From positions 32,001-96,000 of the forward strand of contig OY759746.1 of the NCBI GenBank assembly GCA_963662795.1: DNA of 64,000 nt, in the 5' to 3' direction. This document shows, one piece after another, positions 57,054-64,000 of this stretch. Numbering within the stretch: position 1 is the first letter of the stretch; every line of letters starts with the position of its first letter. Made by a program: the position numbers and the translations under genes. Source of the DNA: Spirochaetia bacterium (GTDB lineage Bacteria > Spirochaetota > Spirochaetia > CADAEX01). The notes below the pieces were generated by a model, which was not told the origin of the DNA, made no database searches, and was given only the letters and a program-made list of their open reading frames with translations.

Positions 57054-58622
57054 TCAGAATGAAGAGAGAAATATTTTAATCACTTTCCATGTTCCTGCAA
57101 GCTTTTTTAATATTTTTTTAGAATAAAGAGCATATAACGCTCCCTGCAGCGCCTCAAAAACCCGCCTGTCATAGGGATAGTGCCAGATGTTTTTGCGCAT
57201 GAATGACAGTAAATCGTAAATAACAACCTGCGGCTGAGTCATCTCAAGTAATCCAGGTTCCCCGTGCGTTCTTCCAATACCTGAATTCTTAAATCCTCCC
57301 CACGGCGTCTCTGCCATTCCGTGGCTCATCAAATGGTCGTTTATTGTTACAGCACCGGATTGCAGTTTTTCAGCTATTTTCAACGCTTTTTTGCTGCTGC
57401 CGGTCCATACAGAGGCAGTAAGGCCAAGCTGTGAATCGTTGGCTTTTTCAACTGCCTCATCGGCCGACTTCACCCTGTTTACGAAAAGTACCGGTCCGAA
57501 TATCTCTTCCCTCAATCCAGAAGCGTTATCCGGGGAATTTTCAAAAATAACGAGCCTGTGGAACAGACCATCTTCTGAGCCGGGCATAAGCTGCCCCAGC
57601 ACAGATGCACTTGCCCCTTTCCTCACGGCATCATCCACTATGGTTTTTATCTTCTCCAGTTGTTTTACTGTTGTAAGAGATCCGATATCAACTGAAAAAT
57701 CTTTATCCTTCCCTATTCTTAATTTATCGGCTTCAACCTTAAGAAGTCGGGTAAATGTGTCATAAACTTCATCCTCAACGAAAATCCTTTCAACCCCGCC
57801 GCACGACTGCCCGGCGTTGGAGAAACCTGCCCACAGAGCTGTATTGACAGCACGCTTAATGTTTGCATCGCTGCATACAATCATAGCGTCATTGCCGCCG
57901 AGCTCAAGTGAAACCGGAAGGATCCTGTCCGTTCTCTGTGAAGCGAGCTGCAGAAGTTTTTTCCCCGCTGTCACAGAACCTGTGAAAAAAAGCTTATCAA
58001 TACCGCTGCTTATGAAAACCTTTCCGGCTTCCTCCCCGGGAAGATTTATTAAACTGACAAGGCCTGAGGGCAGCCCTGATGAAGATATAAGTTTTTCAAT
58101 TTCCTTTCCTGTCTCGAGGCACTGTGAGGCGACCTTAAGGATAACACCGTTACCTGCAACTATTGCCATAAATATTTCATGAACAGGAATTGAAAAAGGG
58201 TAATTCCAGGGAGATATAATACCTGCAACACCAATAGGAACCCGTCTTAAATATGATATTTTATTTGCAAGGAGAATGCTGCCTCCTTTTATTCTTTTTT
58301 CCCTTAAAATTCTTTTCCCATTTTTTGCATAATAATCTGCGGCAAGAGCCGCAGGAAGGACTTCAGCGGCAAGCGCGTCTACCCTTGTTTTTCCTGTCGA
58401 TCCGGAAATTACCGTAGATATTTGCTGTGAATTTTCAACTATATAATCCCTCATTCTGACAAGCGCTTTTTCCCGTTCTGAAAATGGAAATGAGCTCCAT
58501 ATTTTCTGGGCGTTAAAAGCGGCGGAATAAGCGGCGCTGACATCAGAGGATGAATTAAGAAGTGTTTTCCCTGTTTCCCTGCCGGTTGCCGGGTCGTAAT
58601 TTACGGTATAATTCTCACTCAT
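57054..58622 (-). CDS. Aldehyde dehydrogenase family protein
   Basis: 'ISPWNYP', 'FTGSV', 'LELGGND', 'NAGQSC', 'EEIFGP', 'PWGGFKNSG'. Confidence 0.92.
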   Translation of the reverse strand: MSENYTVNYDPATGRETGKTLLNSSSDVSAAYSAAFNAQKIWSSFPFSEREKALVRMRDYIVENSQQISTVISGSTGKTRVDALAAEVLPAALAADYYAKNGKRILREKRIKGGSILLANKISYLRRVPIGVAGIISPWNYPFSIPVHEIFMAIVAGNGVILKVASQCLETGKEIEKLISSSGLPSGLVSLINLPGEEAGKVFISSGIDKLFFTGSVTAGKKLLQLASQRTDRILPVSLELGGNDAMIVCSDANIKRAVNTALWAGFSNAGQSCGGVERIFVEDEVYDTFTRLLKVEADKLRIGKDKDFSVDIGSLTTVKQLEKIKTIVDDAVRKGASASVLGQLMPGSEDGLFHRLVIFENSPDNASGLREEIFGPVLFVNRVKSADEAVEKANDSQLGLTASVWTGSSKKALKIAEKLQSGAVTINDHLMSHGMAETPWGGFKNSGIGRTHGEPGLLEMTQPQVVIYDLLSFMRKNIWHYPYDRRVFEALQGALYALYSKKILKKLAGTWKVIKIFLSSF

Positions 58623-58623
58623 T

Positions 58624-59446
58624 TTAGTTTCTCCCTTTCCATTCATCCATACTGCCGCTTATTCCAAGTATGGGTATAAGCATCTGGAACAGCCTGTCGG
58701 GAAGTATTCCCCTCAGCTTTACCATCAAATTTACAGTGCACGGCCTCTTGGGAGAATAAGAACCTTTTTTTATCGCTTTTTCCACAATTGCCTTCGCTAT
58801 GACATCATGATTTTTCACAAGCGGCGCTATAAGCGCTCCTATTCCCTTAAGGCGTGCGCCTTTAAACATTCCCGAGGCTATGTATCCCGGATGTATTGAA
58901 CTCCATCTGACACCATTTTTTTCTTTTTCGGGATTCAAGACGCATCGATTCAGTAAATCCCCAGACTGCCCATTTTATCGCGGCATAAACCGAAAGGTCC
59001 GGAACACCGATCAGACCGGATGCAGAGCTGATATTGATTATTATCCCTGAATTTTCCTTATACATTTCAGGAAGAAATGCATGTGTACAGTATAAAAGGC
59101 CGTTGAGGTTCACCTGTACTGTTTTGTCCCAGACAGATATATCCTCATCAGTAAAAGCGCCCCCTTTTACATAACCGGCGTTATTGATAAGTATGTCAAT
59201 TTTTCCGATTTCTTCCCTGACAACTGCCGCTGTTTTTTGAACTTCCCCGTTCTTTGATATGTCGCAGATAAAAGTACTTACATTTCCGCCGTTTTTAATA
59301 AGCTCAGATTTGGCATCATCAAGGGTTTTTTCGTCAAGGTCCCAGAGAACTACTTCACATCCTTCCCTTACCAGCCTGAGCGCTGTGGCAAATCCTATCC
59401 CCTTTGCTCCGCCTGTTATTAAAACCCTTTTGTTTTTTAAAATCAT
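58624..59446 (-). pseudogene. SDR-family oxidoreductase split by a frameshift at an A7 run (58916-58922)
   Basis: TGGAKGIG, 'INNAG' and YAAIK lie in ORF 58862-59446; the continuation 'GVRWSSIHPGYIASGMF' lies in ORF 58624-58938. Confidence 0.8.
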
Positions 59447-59584
59447 ACTAACCCCGATTTTGTGACTATAATTAATTTATATGAGCAATGCTTTAATCTG
59501 TCCAGTTATTTATCAGTCTGTTTAAGACAGGTATGCGGTAAGGGGTTCATGAGGCAGGCAGTAATATCTTAAATTTTAAAAATA

Positions 59585-59620
59585 AGGCGGCATGTTTAAC
59601 AACTGACAATACCGCCTTTT
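59585..59620. terminator. Hairpin downstream of the cyclase gene
   Basis: AAGGCGG ... CCGCCTT inverted repeat with flanking A and T tracts. Confidence 0.45.
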
Positions 59621-59626
59621 GATTCT

Positions 59627-60997
59627 TTAACCGCTCTTTTGTTTCTTTTTTGAAATAACTTTATAGGTTTTCACCGGGAGTGCTTTTCCTTTGAGTACAA
59701 GGTTATCCTTATATTCAACATTGAACAGTTCCCTTATTCCCGGGGAACTGTATACTGCTTCCGATATTACTACTTCACCGGCAAGTGCCGCTGCCTGGAG
59801 CCGTGCCGCGGTATTAACAGTATCTCCAATTACCGTATAATCCTTATGATCTTCAGAACCTACATCACCCGCTACTACTTCTCCGGTATGCACGGATATT
59901 CCGATTCCAAGATCATTTATTTCATTTTTTATCTTTTCCATTTTTTTCTGAATTTCCAGGGCAGCGGCAATTGCCATAACCGGATTTCTGAACAGGGCCA
60001 TAATTTCATCGCCGACATATTTATCTATATCGCCGCCGTATTTTTTTATGGATTCAGACTGAACTGAAAGTATTATATTAAGGCTGTGTATAACTACATC
60101 GGGTTCCCTGGATTCCGAAAAAGTTGTAAAGCCCCTGATACCAGAAAAACAGCGTTACTGTTTTTCTGGTATTAAGGTGTTCTGTTCCGCTTAAAATTGA
60201 TGACTTAACTGCATTAATTGTCCCTTTTGAAACATACTTATAAAGACTGAATTTCTCCTTTAGGCCCCTGACCATTTCGTTAAAACTTTCAGCAAGCATC
60301 CCGAATTCATCAGTTGAATATTTAACAGGCTTAACTTCGAGATCTCCTGACGAAACCTTCTGCATTGCGTTATTGACCCTGAGCACGGGGAGGACTGCTG
60401 TTTTTGTTATTATCGCAAGCAGTATGACAGATAAAATTATTGCGCTTATCTCGATAAAGGCATACTGGGATTCAAGGAGTGCTATGCTTTTGGCAAAATC
60501 AAGTTTTATTTCAAGGACCATCGGTTTATTGTCATGCAGTGTCAGGAATGTTACAACATCAATATACTTTTCTATTTCGCCGGATTCATTACCTGTTGAT
60601 TCTATAACCGTTTCTGTTGTCTTAAGCCTGAAATTTTCAGTTATATCCTCATGAATTGAATAATCACTGCCTATTTCTGTTTCAGGATACCCTGCTTCAA
60701 CAATATATTTTTCATTTATAAGCAATATTTTTTTATTTCAAATCCCCGGCTCTCTTCCGCCACACGCATGGCAATAGCAAAATCACTTAAAACCTCTTCT
60801 GAAAACTCTTTGGGAACAGCAATAGCGGATTCGTATATAATTCTCTGCTTCAGAAACATTGTGATATTTCCGGCCTGCTTTTTGAGCATCTTTGAAGAAA
60901 GACTGTCAAGGACAAATGTCAGGCCGCCGGCTACCAGAAATCCGCAGATAATAAAAGCTGCCGCGAAGACTACTGTTATTTTCATTCTTATTTTCAT
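59627..60997 (-). pseudogene. Membrane-anchored HAMP + class III adenylate cyclase, disrupted
   Basis: TM-periplasmic domain-TM-HAMP ('DEFGMLAESFNEM') then cyclase ('IDKYVGDEIMALF', 'DYTVIGDTVNTAARL'); frameshifts near 60731 and 60147; SDIRGFT reads SGIRGFT. Confidence 0.85.
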
Positions 60998-61048
60998 ACA
61001 TTCTTTCCCCTGTACTTCAAAATGTTTTTTTAATGTAAAATTATCCTG

Positions 61049-62476
61049 TTATTTCCCCCACTCTGAATGAAAATACTCACCCCTTGGTCTGTCTGTTCTT
61101 TCAAAGGTATGGGCCCCGAAGTAATCCCTCTGGGCCTGAAGCAGGTTGGCGGGAAGCTGTGCCCTCCTGTAACCGTCATAAAAGGAAAGGGCGCTTGAGA
61201 ATACGGGGACAGGGATGCCGGCCTTTACAGATTCGGATATGACATTCCTCCATGCCGCCTCTCCCTTTTTGATAATGTCGCTGAAATATTTATCCATTAT
61301 CAGGTTTTCGAGGGCAGGCTTATTTTCAAATGCTTTTTTTATTTTCCCGAGGAATACGCTTCGTATTATACAGCCGCCCCGCCACATAAGGGCAATATCA
61401 CCGAATTTAAGGTCCCATTTCCGCTCTGCCGAGGCCTCCCGCAGCAGCATGAAACCCTGGGCATATGAGATTATTTTCGAGCAAAGCAGCGCCTGCCTGA
61501 TGTTCTCAATAAAATCATTCCTGTTTTCTGTTATTATTGTACTTCCGGAAGGGAATACAGCGGCAGCTTTTTTACGCTCTCCCAGCATTGCCGACAGCTG
61601 CCTTGCATAAACAGCCTCGGCTATCAGCGTTACCGGTACCGCGCTCTCAAATGATTCAATCGCTGTCCATTTGCCGGTCCCCTTCTGCTCAGCAGCGTCA
61701 AGAACCTTATCCACCAGATATCCGCCGTTTTCCCTGTACCCAAGTATTCTGGCTGTAATTTCGACAAGGTAGCTGTCAAGTTCCCCTTTATTCCATTCAT
61801 TAAAAATCCCCGACGCTTCACCGGAAGTCAGCCCGAGGCCGGTTTTCATAATATCATAAGCCTCGGTAATCAGCTGCATATCCCCATACTCAATTCCGTT
61901 ATGCACCATCTTAACATAGTGCCCCGCCCCACCGCCGCCTACCCAGCTGCAGCAGATATCACCCTCTTCTGTTTTTGCAGCTATGGAAGTGAGAAGCTTT
62001 TGGACATGAGACCAGGCTTCTTTATTGCCTCCTGGCATGATTGACGGGCCTGTCCGCGCCCCTTCCTCACCGCCCGATATGCCGGCTCCGATAAAAAGTA
62101 TTCCCTTATCAGTCAATTCTTTGGTTCTTCTTTCAGTATCTGTGAAGCGGGAATTACCGCCGTCCATTATAATGTCACCTTTATCAAGCAGCGGCAGAAG
62201 ATGTGAAATATATTCATCAACAACACCGCCTGCCTTAACCATCAGGATTATTTTCCTTGGCCTATCAAGGGATGATACGAAATTTTCAAGAGTATCAGCG
62301 CCTGAAATATTGTCCCGCCCTGCCGCGTTATTTTTTATGAATTTTTCTGTTTTATCAAATGTCCTGTTATATACAGCAATAGAAAAACCATGGTCATTAA
62401 TGTTAAGAGCAAGATTACTGCCCATAACAGCAAGTCCTATCAGACCTGCATCGTATTTCTTTTCCATACTTTTCAT
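61049..62476 (-). CDS. gndA: 6-phosphogluconate dehydrogenase, NADP-dependent, decarboxylating
   Basis: 'IGLAVMG', 'YNRT', 'MVKAG', 'DGGNS', 'KMVHNGIEYGDMQ', 'QKGTGKWT', 'QAQRDYFGAHT'. Confidence 0.97.
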   Translation of the reverse strand: MKSMEKKYDAGLIGLAVMGSNLALNINDHGFSIAVYNRTFDKTEKFIKNNAAGRDNISGADTLENFVSSLDRPRKIILMVKAGGVVDEYISHLLPLLDKGDIIMDGGNSRFTDTERRTKELTDKGILFIGAGISGGEEGARTGPSIMPGGNKEAWSHVQKLLTSIAAKTEEGDICCSWVGGGGAGHYVKMVHNGIEYGDMQLITEAYDIMKTGLGLTSGEASGIFNEWNKGELDSYLVEITARILGYRENGGYLVDKVLDAAEQKGTGKWTAIESFESAVPVTLIAEAVYARQLSAMLGERKKAAAVFPSGSTIITENRNDFIENIRQALLCSKIISYAQGFMLLREASAERKWDLKFGDIALMWRGGCIIRSVFLGKIKKAFENKPALENLIMDKYFSDIIKKGEAAWRNVISESVKAGIPVPVFSSALSFYDGYRRAQLPANLLQAQRDYFGAHTFERTDRPRGEYFHSEWGK

Positions 62477-62680
62477 TCTCCCTTACAATAATTATCATAT
62501 ATCATTTTACATTTAGAATAAATAAAAAACGCTTTAGATTCCCGCTCTCCTTTTTTTAAATAAAACAACTGATCTGGTGTTTTTCAGATATTTTGGGGCG
62601 TCTAAAAAACTGCCTGATGTATCAGTTACTGAAGAGGTATCATTACCTTATACTTTTTCCCAAACTCCGAAGGCAGGATA

Positions 62681-62950
62681 ATGACTAAAAGCTCAGTTAA
62701 CCCGGCTGATAATAAAAAGTTGCTCTCCTTTGGTGAGATGGGATGCCCGGAGAGAACTATCTATACTGTTCCCGGCGATGTCGTCAATGTAGGTGCACGA
62801 TTCTGCGGCAGAGCGCCTGGCGGGAAATTGCTGATTGACCGCGCGACACTTGACGCATGCTGCGGGTTTATCCAGGGAGAACTGATACATGACCTTGAAC
62901 TCAAAGGGCTTGAGGGAGAAGATATCGAGATATTTCAGGTGATTGAATGA
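62681..62950 (+). pseudogene. C-terminal half of a class III nucleotide cyclase domain (remnant)
   Basis: 'GEMGCPERTIYTVPGDVVNVGARFCGRAPGGKLLI..ELKG' resembles G.MG..R..YTV.GD.VN.AAR; the N-terminal metal-binding half is absent. Confidence 0.7.
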
Positions 62951-63061
62951 TAATTTTCTTTTTTTCCAGAGTTAATAATTTGAAATTCATAAAATTGTAA
63001 TTAGCTGTATTTCTCAATCAAAAATGATTTTACCGAATCAATTTACAGTCATCTTTCTACC

Positions 63062-63090
63062 TTGGATAAATTTGATGTTTAGACTATAAT
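63062..63090 (+). promoter_or_regulatory. Sigma70 promoter for the DEAD-box helicase
   Basis: TTGGAT-17 bp-TATAAT. Confidence 0.55.
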
Positions 63091-63187
63091 AAAACAAGAT
63101 TTTATATAGCCTTAAGGCTATAACCCCAGGGATTTAATAAAATCAAATTAACATATTTTCTGAAAAGAAAACAAAAAAAGAGAGTAA

Positions 63188-64000
63188 ATGAAATTTAACG
63201 AATTTGATCTGAATGAAAAAATACTTCAGGGAGTTGAAGAGGCAGGATTCACAGACTGTACACCGGTACAGGAGCGCACATTCATACACGCGCTTGAAGG
63301 AAAGGATGTTGCGGTACAGTCCCAGACAGGTACGGGAAAAACAGCAGCATTTTTAATACCGATATTTAATTTTTATGCTGATAAAACAAAGAAAATCGGA
63401 AAAACACTGATTGTTGTCCCCACAAGGGAACTTGCGGTACAGATAGAAGAGGAAGCTCAGCTGCTTTCCAAATATCTTGATATAAAAATAGCGAGCATTT
63501 ACGGCGGAATCGGATACGCAAAACAGGAAGATAATCTTAAAGAAGGAATGGACATAATAATCGGGACTCCGGGAAGGCTTATCGATTTCGGCAAATCAGG
63601 CAAATTAAATTTCAGCGATATTAATGTACTTGTTATTGATGAGGCTGACCGGCTTTTTGACATGGGCTTTATTCCTGATCTCAGATGGATGCTTAACAGG
63701 ATGCCTCCAAAAAATGAGAGAACAACAATGCTTTTCAGCGCGACTTTAAACAGCAGGGTCCGCCACCTTGCATGGGAGCACATGAATGACCCGGAGGAAA
63801 TTGAAGTAGCTCCGGAAAATATCACAGTTGAGGAAATTGAACAAGTTTTATACCATGTAAGCACTGATGATAAATTCCGGCTCCTTCTCGGTATCCTCAA
63901 GAAAGAAAATCCTGCATCTGCCATTATTTTTTCAAATACAAAGCACAAAGCCGCGGATCTCACAAAAAGGCTTACATATAACGGTTATAAATGCAGCTGC
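63188..64000 (+). CDS. DEAD-box RNA helicase (RhlB-like), truncated by the window end
   Basis: Manual translation from ATG 63188: Q motif 'GFTDCTPVQ', 'SQTGTGKT', 'PTRELA', 'GTPGR', 'DEADRLFDMGF', 'FSAT'; no stop before 64000. Confidence 0.95.
   Translation, partial: MKFNEFDLNEKILQGVEEAGFTDCTPVQERTFIHALEGKDVAVQSQTGTGKTAAFLIPIFNFYADKTKKIGKTLIVVPTRELAVQIEEEAQLLSKYLDIKIASIYGGIGYAKQEDNLKEGMDIIIGTPGRLIDFGKSGKLNFSDINVLVIDEADRLFDMGFIPDLRWMLNRMPPKNERTTMLFSATLNSRVRHLAWEHMNDPEEIEVAPENITVEEIEQVLYHVSTDDKFRLLLGILKKENPASAIIFSNTKHKAADLTKRLTYNGYKCSC

Noticed and set aside
63499-63963. 154-aa minus-strand ORF
   Set aside because: It is the antisense shadow of the DEAD-box helicase on the plus strand
1-64000. 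CRISPR arrays, tRNA/rRNA genes, IS elements, integrases, phage or defence genes
   Set aside because: No regularly spaced repeats, tRNA-like sequences or transposase/integrase/nuclease motifs were seen; the intergenic gaps are short and AT-rich

Overview
Bacterial chromosomal window of about 40% GC with roughly 50 genes. It probably comes from a free-living anaerobic spirochaete; this is inferred from the 'FAGGSKE'-type N-terminus of a solute-binding protein, several lipoproteins, a PreP/M16C peptidase and a NifJ-type PFOR. I saw no rRNA, tRNA, CRISPR array, integrase or transposase. The first 21 kb is mostly housekeeping and metabolic: rnk, ettA, PreP, tex, epmA, glucosylglycerate phosphorylase with a divergent glycosyltransferase, TAXI-TRAP and nifJ. 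The rest is a patchwork of small accessory modules: a hybrid kinase, a B12 radical SAM, a PLP enzyme/2x CNNM/B3-4 operon, a split YeeE/YedE, an ABC importer behind a Fur-like box, a molybdopterin enzyme, a TetR-led export cluster with a likely beta-barrel, a DUF3100/M20 module and SDR/ALDH. It ends with gndA and a truncated DEAD-box helicase that the ORF track misses. Several accessory genes are broken or relics (two adenylate cyclases, an MBL-fold remnant, an SDR, a lipoprotein), while long core genes are intact. The best candidates for undescribed biology are: (1) the PLP class-V enzyme + tandem CNNM + standalone B3/4 tRNA-editing operon; (2) the TetR/beta-barrel/MFS/ABC exporter with no TolC or adaptor; (3) the GGa phosphorylase with an unknown GT-B; (4) a probably leaderless Moco enzyme lacking a Tat signal; (5) an apparent ATT-initiated transporter. 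All functional calls come from motif recognition by eye, not database searches.
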